Numbered from the whole stretch's first letter, positions 1 to 13,759 are shown. The stretch: DNA of 63,316 nt, filler included, from Octopus bimaculoides (GCF_001194135.2; 2 parts of 2 records of this genome joined end to end with filler, not necessarily neighbours in it); one strand, 5' to 3'. The notes: generated from the sequence alone by a model not told the origin. Translations and numbers: made by a program.

Positions 1-41
<41 letters not shown>

Positions 42-727
42 ATGTATGTATATATTCATGGATAAAAATACATACATATATATGCATACATGCACATATG
101 TGTGCGTGTGCGTGTGTGTCTATGAATTTTCATGGGACACAATATGAAGAAAATACATGAGTTCATAGCTCGAAAGCTGTTTCAGGAAGCTCGAATTTAC
201 GAAATAACCATATTAGTCATAATTCGCAGATGGGACATGCAAACATTTTATTGCCATACAAGCAATAAACGCTCAGATTGAGATATTACGACAAGTTTCC
301 CTCGTCAAGAGAATATTAGTAAGAACGTATCATAGAGTAGTGTCAAATACCTAATCGGTTAAAGAAAGAGAGAAGGTAGGACAATAACGAAAAGCAGGGA
401 GAGGGAGAGGGATTTCAACAACACAGGAAAGAAGGAATAAGGGATATTAAACAGAGATATTAAATAAGAAAGTTAATTTAACACCAGTATGGTTATACAA
501 ACCACACTAGTAGTGAAGGACAATAAATCAGTTAGGAATGGCAACTGATCAGAGAAGAGGAGATAAGCAATGAAGGCATAGTGTTATGGCGGGAGCAACG
601 GAGAAAGGTATTCTGAGATAAGGAGAATGTGGTGCGAAGAAAAATAGTGCTAGCAAAGTAAAAAGTTGAGCCGGAATAAGGACTTTCTGTTTATGGTAAG
701 GTTAACAGGAGTCCGCATCTGTTACTC

Positions 728-728
<1 letters not shown>

Positions 729-788
<60 letters not shown>

Positions 789-800
789 CACACATACACT
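729..800. repeat. (TA)n then (CA)n microsatellite, representative of dozens of similar tracts in the window
   Basis: Direct reading. It produces the spurious IYIY ORF at 666..854. Confidence 0.97.
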
Positions 801-1149
801 CCCTACATACATATATGCATCCAAATGTATGTGTGTTCGTGTGAGTATCCATGATTCAAATCGCAGGACTTCTATCTCTTTCGAATTTTCTATTTGTTCG
901 AAAATTAAAATGTCTGTCTCTTGTGATCTCTGTACTCATCATCGATCAGCTTTATCTCTCATGCTGTCATCACGTGACGCTGGTGTTATTGATGCATATT
1001 CAAATAGAGCTGCTACTGTTGTTGTTGTTGTTGTTGTTGAATATAAACCACTCTCAATAAAAGTAAAAAAAAAACATGAAAAATACTTGTACTAAAAATA
1101 TTCCTATTGTATAAAATAGGACTTCCTCCTTGATTGGAGCAAAAATCTG

Positions 1150-1700
1150 ACGGTGTAGAGCATCTTATTCGTTGAGACAGCCATTCAAAAACAAGCAGAT
1201 GTTTCGGAATGCATGAATCAACTGGAAGAAATCGATTAAACTATGAAGCTAAAATAATAGAAAGTGATAGATTAGCAGCAGATGTCTATGGTTTGGAAAC
1301 AACTATAAGAAATATAAGCATTGCGATGGTAGAAATGGAATGAATGTATTCTTGTTGAATGGATTGAAGATTGCAATCAAAAAGTACTATTCAAGCAGAA
1401 GCCTTCAGTATATTTCCAGCCGTACTAAGCAATGTTAATCAAACTATCATTGGTGAGGCATTTATTAGAAGTACTGGCTGGTTATAATTTATTTTGGAAT
1501 TAAGAATATAGCAATACAATGTAAAGATTTGTGGAAAATCAGTCACTGATGATAAAGAATACAGAGCAAAGCATTCTTTTTTTTAGACTAAAGGAAAATA
1601 ATTACAGGCGAGATATAGTGATCGGCCGATACGGATGGAACCGGATGACTGGAAAACAAAGAAGTCTTGAAAAATGTCTACCAGGTCTTAAAGTTTTCAA
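1150..1700 (+). mobile_element. Heavily decayed non-LTR retrotransposon (RTE-like) RT / C-terminal fragment
   Basis: Interrupted translations (LFVETAI...MNQLEEI...MKL; FIRST(A)GYNLF; NYRRDIVIGRYGW) loosely follow the LFADD-to-GRPRKRW order of RTE-clade ORF2. Many stops and frameshifts. Confidence 0.35.
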
Positions 1701-1769
1701 AGTCCGTTTGATTCTTTTGTTTGGAGAAATTACAAGCAGAGATTTTAAGATAAAAGCCTATTATCATCA

Positions 1770-1971
1770 TCTTTTATCGTTTATCTTTTACTTGTTTCAG
1801 TCATTAGACTGCGCCCATGCTGGAGCACCGTCGTGAAGACTATTTAATCAAATGCTTACTTTTTGTTAAGCCTCTTACTTATTCTATCGGTCACTTTTGC
1901 TAAGCTACTGGACGTAAACAGACCAACACCAGTTGTCAAGCAGTGATAGTGGCCAAACACACACGCACGCG

Positions 1972-2011
<40 letters not shown>

Positions 2012-2150
2012 GAGATAAATAGATAGATAGATAAATATACGACGAGTTTCTTTCACTTTCCGTCTACCAAATCCACTTAATGTTTGACCAGCCGGAGGCT
2101 ATAGTAGAAGTCAGTTGCCCAGGCTGCCACCATGTGGTTAGGAAGCAAAT
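1770..2150 (-). mobile_element. SINE family A copy (tRNA-like head, central microsatellite, 3' tail ...gctccagcatgg...tgactgaaacaagtaaaaga)
   Basis: Reverse-complement similarity to the full copies at 16637-17063 and 27072-27535. Confidence 0.85.
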
Positions 2151-2415
2151 TTTAGTGGACCAACAACAGACCTTGGGTATTTAAAATTTCAATTTGCAGA
2201 ATAGAAATGTCCACATATTTTTATCCAGTTACTGAAATATTTTGTACGCGGAGAAACCTTGTATTTAATGTTTTTTCATTCTAACTTTAGCTGTTTCGGA
2301 ATGTCATTATCAAATGATGCTGTGAAAATATGCTCCAGCATAGCCGCAGTCAAAATGACTGAAACAAGAGAACATCTTTTATGCCACATATGACGTCATT
2401 ATTACATTAAGGTTA

Positions 2416-2592
2416 ATGGCAGCGAGCTGGCAGTGTCATTAGCATGCCGGGAAAAAATCTTAGCGGCATTTTGTCTGTCCTTAGGTTCTGAATTCAAATT
2501 CCGCCGAGGTTCATTTTATCTTTCATCATTTCGGGGTCGATAAAATAAGTACCAGTTGAGTACTGGGGTCAATGTAATCGACTATGTCCCTC
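2416..2592 (+). mobile_element. SINE family B copy (gcgagctggcag...ttcaaattccgccgagg...gtcgataaaataagtaccagttg)
   Basis: A-box-like and B-box-like head. Matches the copies at 5154, 17971 and 29574. Confidence 0.85.
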
Positions 2593-2680
2593 TAGGCACA
2601 AGGCCCGAAATTTTGGGGGAGGAGGCATTCGATTAGATCGACCCCAGTATGCAAGTGGTACTTAATTTAGCGCCATTTCT
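2593..2680 (-). mobile_element. SINE family B 3' half, inverted and abutting the previous copy
   Basis: The reverse complement aattaagtaccacttgcatactggggtcgatctaatcga...gggccttgtgcct matches the family B 3' half. Confidence 0.75.
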
Positions 2681-2769
2681 TTCGACTGAGCGTTCAGACT
2701 TCAAACGCCATCGATGTCGACTTTGCCTTTCTACCTTTCGCCTACAATTGCTGCCCTTACTCCAAAGTC

Positions 2770-3400
2770 AGAACGTATTATTAGAATCAATGAAACAGGA
2801 AATAATTGCAACATTTAAAACTTATGAAAAATCATAATTAAAGGTAATTATACCAAAGGAGTGTAAGTGTGATTTCTCTGTTTGACTTCTGGAAGGAAAG
2901 TCAAGAACACATGACATTATTTTCCAATGTTGGAAATAAGAAATATCATTCAGCTTGAATGGGCATTTTTATAGTTCCAATATCAAAGCATTTTTGAAAG
3001 AACTTCTTCTCAGGTGCCAGTTGGTGTTGAAGAAATAACCCACCCACATTAAGAAAGAGACAAAAAAAACCCAGTTTTGTGATGATAAAGTTACTCTATG
3101 GCTTGGTCAAGCGACATATGGAAGAATTACATACTGGTGACCATTTTTCTTCAGATGAACAAATATTCAAAGACATAGAATCAAATAAGATGCCAATAAA
3201 TAGATGAAAGATTTTTGCAAAGAATATGACAACATGTTTAGAAGTTTGGATATATTGAAATAAATTATCATAAAAGCCAATCTCAACATCAAAAGAATCA
3301 TAAAATTCTGCTGAGCTTGACAATATTCTTCAGCCTTACAAATGTAATCATGAAACTTTAAAGAAAGAAAGAAAGCTTGAAGCAACTTATTTTATTGAAT
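2770..3400 (+). mobile_element. Decayed hAT transposase C-terminal (dimerisation) fragment
   Basis: Frames give LFDFWKESQEHMTLFSNVGNK followed by IVPISKHF*KNFFSGASW. This resembles the hAT dimerisation signature (FW...P..S...ER.FS). Confidence 0.45.
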
Positions 3401-4084
3401 TGTTTATAGAATAGCAATAAATTTCATTGTATTTATTTTGTGATGTCACCATTTAGAATATACTCACATTTTTACGTTCCTTTGTATTATAATATAATTA
3501 AACTTTTTAACGCAAATATTAAGATTTCGTTTCACAAAATAAGATATATTTAGTTGTACAATTTATACAGTTAGTAATAAAATTAAATGATATGTTTGAG
3601 ATGGTGGTCTTTATCGGCATAAATGAAAACATGAAACGGAAACGGAGAAACGGAAAATATTATTTGTGCACATTTGCGTTCAGCATGCGAGCGGTTTCTC
3701 ACTATGGTTCATTAAATTAAAAAATTGTAATGAATTTGTTTTGTGAAAATAAGGAAGTGTTGTTAATTATTTATATAGTAAATTATATGAATAATAAACA
3801 AATTCTAATTATTTGTTTTTACGTCTGTTGTAATTTGCAACGAATTTGCAAAAGCAACGTATAACAAGACTCTATTATGCGTTTCCTTTCGTCATTTCCC
3901 ATACATTTTTCATTTCGTTTTGGATTCCACTTCGACAGGTATGAGATCGTCATAAAGATACCAAGAAAAAAGATTATTGAATGAATTCGTTTCTATTGTC
4001 TTTTGTCTTTGAATCATAACCAAGGCCTTCGTTTCCTGAGACATTTGAAGGAAGTGGAATAATTATGTTGGTGAAAGTGTGTCC

Positions 4085-4270
4085 TGGTCATGCTGGGCAA
4101 CACCTTGAAGAACCTTTTTTAGTCGAATGAATCGACCTCCGGACTTATTCTTTAAAGCCTTGTACCTATTCTATCGTTCTCTTTTTGCCGAACCACCAGC
4201 TATGGGGACGTAAACAAACCAGCACCGGTTTTCAAGCAGTGGAAGGGGCAAACACACACGCACACGCACG

Positions 4271-4301
<31 letters not shown>

Positions 4302-4380
4302 CACACACACACACACACACACACGCACGCACGCACGCACGTACACACGCACGCACGCACGTACGCACGCACGCACACAC
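4085..4380 (-). mobile_element. SINE family A 3' half with its (CA)/(CACG) tract
   Basis: tattctatcg...tttgccgaacc...ggggacgtaaac...aaccagcaccggtt matches the reverse complement of the family A body. Confidence 0.75.
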
Positions 4381-4382
4381 AT

Positions 4383-4675
4383 ATCATCTAACTCATTTAG
4401 ATCGGCCAGGAAGTCTGGTGCCGAATCGACACCGCTGGTCGCAGCTCTCGCCATTCTCTTCCACGTTGTTCCAAAAACTTTTATAAAAATCATCTTCCCA
4501 GCTGACAACTACATGGGTGCACCGATTGTCTGTAAACTTTGCGACATGACCTGCCCACCATAGCTTTGGCATGGTGGTACTCTGCGACGACGTCCTTCAC
4601 TCCAGTTCTATCCCTGATCTCTTCGTTTTGGTTGTGATTTTTAGCGAGGTTCCCAACATGACCTTTCCATGTGTG
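4383..4675 (-). mobile_element. RTE-clade LINE 3' end fragment
   Basis: The minus strand translates across frameshifts to EIRDRTGVKDVV...WWAGHVAKFTDNRCTHVVVSW...VFGTTWKRMAR. This is the typical RTE C-terminal WAGHV.R..D.RW motif. Confidence 0.8.
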
Positions 4676-4798
4676 TATATATATAGATTATGATATAAAT
4701 TTGCAGTAGTAGGCCGCGTGTAGAGGTATATAATGTACTGTTCTGTGATGGTAAGATCAACAAAAAAAGTACTGCCTGTGGTGAGAGATAAATAGTGT

Positions 4799-4838
<40 letters not shown>

Positions 4839-5153
4839 TTATTTATTTATTTATTTATCAATATATATATATATTATTTATGTACATGTGTGTAATTATG
4901 TATCTTTGTATGTATATATGTATCAGCAAATGTTTGGATGGAAGGCTAGATGGATCAGCGTAGTGGTGAATAGGATCTGGTCTGCCATACTTATTGTTCA
5001 ACAGCCCGAAAAATAAAGCTCAGCCAGGTGGTTGAGACAAATGACTTCTGCCTACTCTGGAGAGTAATTAAGTTGGTCTTTTAATGCTTTGAATTGAAAA
5101 GTGAGCGCAGTAATGACCCGCAGAAGTTTCTATTTCAATAATAAGCTGCGAAG

Positions 5154-5360
5154 AAGGCGGTGAGATGATAGCATTGTTAACAGAATCGTTGGTTACATTT
5201 CATCTTCCTTTACGTTCCGGGTTCAAATTTCGCCGAGGTCGGATTTCTTTTCTTAGTCCTTTCAAGGTCGATAAAATAAGTACTAATTGAGCACTGGGAT
5301 TGAAGTAATCGACTTACCCACTTCCTCCATATTGCTGGCCTTGTGCCAAATCTTGAAACA
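5154..5360 (+). mobile_element. SINE family B copy
   Basis: ggttcaaatttcgccgaggtc...gtcgataaaataagtac...ttgctggccttgtgccaaa. Confidence 0.85.
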
Positions 5361-6371
5361 AAAATTAAGTTCGGAAGACTAATAAATATCTGCCATTTTA
5401 ACACAGAAAATGTACAGAAATGTTTCAGTCATTTGACTGTGGCCATGCTGGAGCACCGCCTTTTGTGTGAAAACCCCTGGCCTAGAAAACAGGGACACGT
5501 TATCAATAATTAAACCAATAGATTACAATCAAGCATTCTGGAATTGATGGGGAGGAGGCGGAAATAGATTAAGGAGGGCTAGACAATGTTTATCTTACTG
5601 ATTGGTGATCGATAACTACAGGTTACACGGTGTATTACCTCATTTATACCGAATAATGATTCCTACCTAAGTGCGAGTGTGATGTGTGTGTGTGTGTGTG
5701 TGTGTGTGTTTATGACAGCTTTAGTTAATAACTGTAATATCAAAAGAATTTGTCTTGTTATATTGCAACATTTAATTGATTAGTCCACATTAATTCCGAT
5801 CCATTTAGCGATTCTCTGAAGTGGTACTATTCTGTAAATAAAAACGGCCAACAAATGCAAAATTTGTTCAAACTAACAACTTCTTAACTGGTTTGTTCTT
5901 CTGCCAGATCGCAATATTTGCTGTGGCAGTTGCAACAAAGTCTGTCTTGTAACTGTTCGCGAAAGCAAATAGACACGCAAGAGTGGCAGTGAGTCTGTGT
6001 GTGTGTATGTGTTTGTGCTAATGGGTAGCAGAGACAGTACGTATGTGTTTGTTTCTGAGCGGAATGATGACGAAACTGTGAACGGTACGTGTGGGTGTAT
6101 GCATATATATGCATGTGTGTGTCTGTGTGTGCGTTGTGAGTGAGCGTGCTTGAGCGTATTTGTATGTACGCGTGTGTATGTGTGTGGTTATGTATTTATA
6201 TATACATACATAAAAGCGTCCATAAGTGTGTGTTAATGATGAATATAATAGGGCTGCCTAAATTGTTTCGTAATGTTTCTAATGGAGTTATCACTCTCAA
6301 TCGTTGTTAAACTTTTGAGAAGTTGAAGCTGGTTATTCGTGTTTAACACTTTACGCTATATATATAACCAT

Positions 6372-6425
6372 AATTTTGAAAGATAAAAGTATAAAAAACC
6401 GCATAATTTATGGGATAACCCAATA
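6372..6425 (+). mobile_element. Solo 3'-terminal fragment (TIR) of the mariner family seen at 21291-22553
   Basis: aaaaaccgcataatttatgggataacccaa+TA matches the TIR at 22524-22553. The adjacent aaagtataaaaaaccg matches the reverse complement of the 21291 end. Confidence 0.7.
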
Positions 6426-6931
6426 CACACACACCTTATCATCTTCCATGGTGACTTATCATTCACTCTACCCCTCTTCCCACTCCAGAGTGAGTTAAGT
6501 CTTCAGAAACCTTAAGCCCTAACTCTTTTTCGCCCACGGTGAAGCCTGAAGGATATACTGCAATTATTTTGGCAGTGATAACATAAAGGTCTCTTAGTAC
6601 TTTAGTTGTTCAATGCGACAGAGTGTTGTCAAAGATTATCTGAGTATTTTTGATAATTCTGTCCAACTACCACACAAACATTAATCCGTGATGTTAGCGC
6701 AGGACGATAAGGCACCATTCGCATGGTTAAATAGTTCAGCACTGCTACCAATGCTACTAAAGTGAGGTCGATCCATAGGACTGGCCCCAATAATCAACAG
6801 ATATCAATATAATCGAACGTTTATGGTGCATTGTCGTGCAGCGAGCGATGAGTCACTGAAAGAGCTAAAGCAGGTTTTACTTGAAGGGTGTTTCAAAATT
6901 CTATCACTTAAATCCTGTACGTCTCAATTTC

Positions 6932-6976
6932 TCAACACATTAAATATATGATTCTTGCCCAAGGTGGACCAACTAC

Positions 6977-7037
<61 letters not shown>

Positions 7038-7232
7038 GCATTTGTGTGTATATAATAAACGCGTTTATATATGCGTGTGTATACATGTAACATATGAATA
7101 CACATATATACGCATACATACATGCATTCATACATACATGCATACATGCATACATACATACATACATACATCATATATACATGCATACATGCATACATGC
7201 ATACATACATACATGTATGTATGTATGTATGT
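6932..7232. repeat. Compound (CA)n/(TA)n/(TACA)n/(TATG)n microsatellite
   Basis: Direct reading. Confidence 0.95.
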
Positions 7233-7887
7233 ATTTATAGATCGAAGATATTATAGACTACAACGCTGAAAAATCAGGAAAATACTTCATACATTTTATA
7301 CATAGATCAATACTTTATTATATTAACCAGGTGATGCCTGATGCCTTGCAATAAATAGCACGACTATTTCAATAAATTCTTGTATTTCTTCAAAGGCCTT
7401 TGAAGAAATGCGAACGTATTGAAACAATTGAATCATTGTTAGGCGTTATCTATAAATAAAAGTTATAAATGGGAATATTCATATACATATATATACACAA
7501 ATATGTATGTATATATATATATGTGTGTGAGTGTGTGTGTGTATGTGTGTGTGAATATGCATATGAATATATGCGTGTGCGTGTGTGCGTGTGCGTTTAA
7601 TGTAAGAGAGAGGGAGAGAGAGAGGGGACATTCAGATATCAGATCTTATATTGCGGTTACTAATATTGTCTTGCAATAAATGCATTTTTGAAAAAAAATT
7701 CTTTTGAAAGATGTACATTAGAATACATAGAATACAACTTAGTTGTTAATTCTACATAAATTTATTATTCGAAATGCAAAATTCTTTGTGAAGAACCTTT
7801 CAAAACAATACTCGCCAAACAGATGTTGCCAGGAAAGGTGGTGCACCTAGCTTTCAATTCGTGAATACGTGAACAAGCAACATATAT

Positions 7888-7926
<39 letters not shown>

Positions 7927-9978
7927 TCTGTTAATAAAGCTGCAAAGGCATCAGAAAAGCTGTTACTCAGAGTTTCACGTTCCCGTTCGTCGAACAGTAT
8001 ATATATATATATATTGCTACTGGTAAGATTAGATGAGTTCGGCAATTAAACCTTGTAAGTTTAGACTCTAATGTTAATCGCATTAAGATTAGAATCGAAA
8101 CTTATGTGTGGCTTATCTGTAACCGATGATGAGCTGTGACGTTATACAAAGAACACAGCAATAATGCTATGAGAAAAGAACATGGACATAAATTGGTACG
8201 TCTTTATTCCAGTTTTTACATATGTGTTAGTATTTGCCACACCTGACGTCACACTACATATGCAACCAATAGCTGCAGCTTATGATGCAAACATGGAACA
8301 AACACATCGTTAGACAATTTCTTTGTCGATTGTCTGATGATGTGCTTCTTCCGTGTTCGCCTCATAAACAACGCTTACTAGTTGCATCATATCTTGCCGA
8401 ATATTGAACATATATAACAGTGAGAGTAAGGGAGCATCAACTTACGCCTGTGTTCTTGTCTCGTACTGTGTGTATATATATNNNNNNNNNNNNNNNNNNN
8501 NNNNNNNNNNNNNNNNNNNNNNNNNNNNNNNNNNNNNNNNNNNNNNNNNNNNNNNNNNNNNNNNNNNNNNNNNNNNNNNNNNNNNNNNNNNNNNNNNNNN
8601 NNNNNNNNNNNNNNNNNNNNNNNNNNNNNNNNNNNNNNNNNNNNNNNNNNNNNNNNNNNNNNNNNNNNNNNNNNNNNNNNNNNNNNNNNNNNNNNNNNNN
8701 NNNNNNNNNNNNNNNNNNNNNNNNNNNNNNNNNNNNNNNNNNNNNNNNNNNNNNNNNNNNNNNNNNNNNNNNNNNNNNNNNNNNNNNNNNNNNNNNNNNN
8801 NNNNNNNNNNNNNNNNNNNNNNNNNNNNNNNNNNNNNNNNNNNNNNNNNNNNNNNNNNNNNNNNNNNNNNNNNNNNNNNNNNNNNNNNNNNNNNNNNNNN
8901 NNNNNNNNNNNNNNNNNNNNNNNNNNNNNNNNNNNNNNNNNNNNNNNNNNNNNNNNNNNNNNNNNNNNNNNNNNNNNNNNNNNNNNNNNNNNNNNNNNNN
9001 NNNNNNNNNNNNNNNNNNNNNNNNNNNNNNNNNNNNNNNNNNNNNNNNNNNNNNNNNNNNNNNNNNNNNNNNNNNNNNNNNNNNNNNNNNNNNNNNNNNN
9101 NNNNNNNNNNNNNNNNNNNNNNNNNNNNNNNNNNNNNNNNNNNNNNNNNNNNNNNNNNNNNNNNNNNNNNNNNNNNNNNNNNNNNNNNNNNNNNNNNNNN
9201 NNNNNNNNNNNNNNNNNNNNNNNNNNNNNNNNNNNNNNNNNNNNNNNNNNNNNNNNNNNNNNNNNNNNNNNNNNNNNNNNNNNNNNNNNNNNNNNNNNNN
9301 NNNNNNNNNNNNNNNNNNNNNNNNNNNNNNNNNNNNNNNNNNNNNNNNNNNNNNNNNNNNNNNNNNNNNNNNNNNNNNNNNNNNNNNNNNNNNNNNNTAT
9401 ATATATAGGTGGTAAATGAAAGACGGATGATGGAATATACGAGAATTTTTATTATTAATTACAGCATTTGTTTTGATATATCTAGCATCGATCCCTGACG
9501 GATGAAGCACTTAAAAGCTGGTTCAGGAGTATCCGGTGGTGCAGATGTCTCTCATCGGGTGATAAATTGATGCAACTCGTTCAAATAACATTTCCGTAAT
9601 GTATCTTCTCATTTCGTAGAAAGAAAAGCAGCAAAACGATGGAAATATCTCCATTTATATAGAAGATTAAAATAAAATCACAGATGCAAAAATGAAGCGA
9701 ACGCGTAATGCAGTGAGAAAAGTATTAATAAGGAGCGTTAACAGATATGGATATATAAACGCCCTCGAGTAAGCTGCATGGCACGTGTACAGTCGCTCAT
9801 ACAAGGATCCGCGAAAGTGTATGCATACGCACACTAGTGGTTTGGTGCACTCACGATCACAAAGCGAGTTAAATAGCTACTTGATGTTTATAAGAATGGG
9901 GATGTTAAAGTTAAACTGAATTCATCCATACCTTAAGGTAAATTATGTTAACAGTTACTCAAATTCATTCCCACTGCA

Positions 9979-10500
9979 TTATGCGGAAGTACATTTATAT
10001 GCGTGTAGGCATCTTGGGAGTCTTTCAGAAATTCTATTAATGATCTTCTCATTGGTCCACAAAATAGGCAGAGATTCATCGGAGCAGAGTCGGCTTCTCC
10101 TGGAAATGATATTGTATGGTTTCGCGTGCCTTACTATGGACCAAGTTATGTTGTACTTAGTTTTATCTTCCTTCAGTCGCCATACAAAATCGGCCCAAGA
10201 TGTTGAATGTCTCTTATTGATTCTTTTGAAGCTGGAGACATGGTTGCGATAATGATTCTTAAATGAATCAACCGTCTGCCTAATGTAAACATACGTACCT
10301 TGTGTGCCCAGTATAGTTATATATATAATTTGTATTCATACAGAGGTTCATCAATGCGCATTTTGAGTTTTCACTGCATGTGCATTTATCATATTTATTT
10401 GTATATATGGCAGTTCCGACTTCATTTTCTGACGTTGTTACCGTATTAGCTATATCATAAGTATTTCTCCTTTTACAATCAGGCGGTAACTGGTGCTTTT
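9979..10500 (-). mobile_element. Penelope-like element (PLE), C-terminal linker plus GIY-YIG endonuclease fragment, probably Naiad-type
   Basis: 9979-10290 (-) reads without a stop as VYIRQTVDSFKNHYRNHVSSFKRINKRHSTSWADFVWRLKEDKTKYNITWSIVRHAKPYNIISRRSRLCSDESLPILWTNEKIINRISERLPRCLHAYKCTSA*. Upstream, in another frame, CTCSENSKCALMNLCMNTNYIY resembles the Cys-rich linker preceding the GIY half-motif. Confidence 0.85.
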
Positions 10501-10633
10501 CATACATATACATACACACACGCACGCATATATATATACACACATAGTACATATAAAACACACACAAATAAATGTTTTGTTTGCTCCGTGTAGAAATTCT
10601 TTTATCACAACCACTACCACTATCGCGCTGCTA

Positions 10634-10665
<32 letters not shown>

Positions 10666-10779
10666 CAAGTCTGTTATTCTGTCTCTCCCTTCCTCTGTTG
10701 TACCCCTCCTCACTATCGCTTTGTCCATCATCCATCTCTTTCTGTTCATATATCTTACCATGAATGTATGCGTGAATGC

Positions 10780-10829
<50 letters not shown>

Positions 10830-10990
10830 TTAGCTAGCTAACTAGCTGTCTGTCTATCTATTTGTCTATCTGTCTGTCTATCTGTCTGTTTATCTGCCTG
10901 TCCACCTACCTACCTACCTACCTACCTACCTACCTACCTACCTACCTACCTACCTACCTATCTATCTATCTATCTATCTATATATCTATC
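10780..10990. repeat. Compound (TCTA)n/(TCTG)n/(CCTA)n tetranucleotide tract
   Basis: Direct reading. Confidence 0.95.
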
Positions 10991-11221
10991 TATCCGTCGG
11001 TCTATAATATATTGGTGTGTGTATGTATCAATAACTATCTATATGGATATGAATTTACATGTCGAGCTTGCTATGTAGTTTATAGTAAATATTTCATTGT
11101 AGCGTGGAGAGTCTTTTAATATTTATGCTTTGTTTCTGTTTTTCTTCATTCCTTATCTCTATCGCTTTGGGTACGTAATAGCAATCCACGGGGAACGGGA
11201 AAGAGGCAGGAATAAACTGAC

Positions 11222-11264
<43 letters not shown>

Positions 11265-11884
11265 GAAAGAGGTAGAGAAAAAAGGAGAGAGAATGAGGGA
11301 ACATATTATTTGTAGGTTGATTTCTTTTTCAGATAAGTTCTTCACAATTGTCTTTGACACTGACTTGTGGCAATGATTTAGTTGCAGGAACTCCGACAAT
11401 CGAAAGACGATGCTGTATCACTATTGGACAAGTTTCATGTAATAGCTTTAGACATGCAAACCGAGAATCTCTGAACAATGAATAGAAAAGATACAATAAG
11501 AAGACAGCTCAAGAAAACCTACAGACATTTAAAAACATAAAATAGACATAAATATAGACGAAGACACTCCGAAACAAACTAAATATAAGATTCCCTAACC
11601 CTATCAAAGAAAAAAAATTTAGAAAACAAACAGAAAAATGGAGAGCAAAATAAAACGTGAAGCAGTAAAGACTGGAATTCGTGTTAAAATATTGGCATAA
11701 GCTGTGGTGTTTTACAAATCTTAGTTATTGGCCTCCTTTATATATAATAGAACATCGAATGAAAAAGAGAAAAATTGCACATCAGCCGGAAGAAGAAAAT
11801 TATTTCGAAACATAATGCTCACACGAAAACATTGTAAACAATACGGCTGGCTATGTTTTTCCTTCTATCGTATACGTGTGATAG

Positions 11885-12002
11885 AGAGGCGAGAGAGAGA
11901 GAGAGAGTGTGTGTCTGTGTGTGTGTGTAGGCGTGTGTGTGTGCGCATGGTGTGTAGGCGTTTGTGTTTACATACAGAAATAAACACACACACACACACA
12001 CA

Positions 12003-12040
<38 letters not shown>

Positions 12041-12111
12041 TATATATATATGTATGTATGTATGTTATATCCATGTCTATATTAATATACAAACATATAC
12101 GCATGTGCATG

Positions 12112-12195
<84 letters not shown>

Positions 12196-12387
12196 TGTGT
12201 GTGTGTGTATACATACATGGACGCGAACACACAAACGCACAAACGCAATTGCACACACAAACACAGATATATGTATATAATTTTATTTTTCTGACGTCTT
12301 CAATAGTTTTTCTCGCGTTTGTGTTATCTAATATATACACACAAAGACTTTTATTACCTATATGTATACATCTCTCTCTCTCTCCCA

Positions 12388-12420
<33 letters not shown>

Positions 12421-12452
12421 CACACACACAGGCATACACACANNNNNNNNNN

Positions 12453-12501
<49 letters not shown>

Positions 12502-12748
12502 ATGAATGTATGTATATGTATGTATGTTTATGTATGTATGTATGTATGTGTATATATATGACTATGAATGTCTACGTGTGCACATACACACATACGCACA
12601 CATCCTGTTGTAATGCTGGCGTGACTTTCAACTTCGTATGTTACTTTATTAGTTGCTTACAGAGATTCCTTGCCATCTTTTCTTATACATGGAAACTGCA
12701 AACTGAAAGCTATATATAAATACACACACATCTTGTTCCCTATACATA

Positions 12749-12800
<52 letters not shown>

Positions 12801-12810
12801 NNNNNNNNNN

Positions 12811-12865
<55 letters not shown>

Positions 12866-13010
12866 TAACTGTGTGAGAGGTTACATGTGTGAGTCTGTGT
12901 GAATATACTTATACATACACATGTACACTCACACACACGCGTGTGTGTGCGCATGTGCGTAATAGTGTGTGTGTCTGTGTGTATGCATATGTACATGAAT
13001 GTGAGTACAC
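11885..13010. repeat. About 1.1 kb compound microsatellite field with two 10-N gaps
   Basis: Direct reading. It is the source of many spurious ORFs. Confidence 0.95.
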
Positions 13011-13192
13011 ACGTGTTTGCATCTAGATACACGAGGAATAAAATAAATTAAATATAATATAAACACATACTAAATTATATTCCGGTTTGTCATTTTTCTT
13101 TTCTTTTCTGCGAAATGTCAAATATTATTCAGATGTCGGTTTCTTCTTAGACACTGAGGGAAATGATTTAAAGAGGGTAGTGTTTAGGTGTT

Positions 13193-13283
<91 letters not shown>

Positions 13284-13759
13284 ACACACACATACACACA
13301 CACATACACATATAATATAATATGATGGGATATAATTAGAAGACAGATATACATGTTTTAAATTGAATGCAAAGTTTCGAGTCGAATATGTTTATATAAG
13401 GAGAGAAATTTGACAAGATTCAAAGAAGGAAAGGAAAAAGAAAAGGAGAACAAGAAAGGATTCAGATAAAAGATATTATGATTGATCCTCCCTCTTCTCG
13501 TCATCATCATCATCGTTACCAGCGCTCCCACGATCACCATTATCGAAGTAGTTATTTTGTAGTAGGATTTGCTACGGACCAAGCTAAAGGAAAAATTTGA
13601 AAAAAATGTAATTTCTAAAGAATAAATGTAAAACAAATTGAAAGAAAAAACGGAATTAACCAGTGTCACCCACATTAAGAATAATGTACAACTCTCACTT
13701 CATCCAAAATATTTAGATATAAGTTCCAACATAGCTCTGTTGGTTCCAGCGCCAATCTA

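Noticed and set aside
250-690. Purine-rich stretch with faint LINE RT resemblance on the minus strand (LDEGNLS)
   Set aside because: Too little motif support to call.
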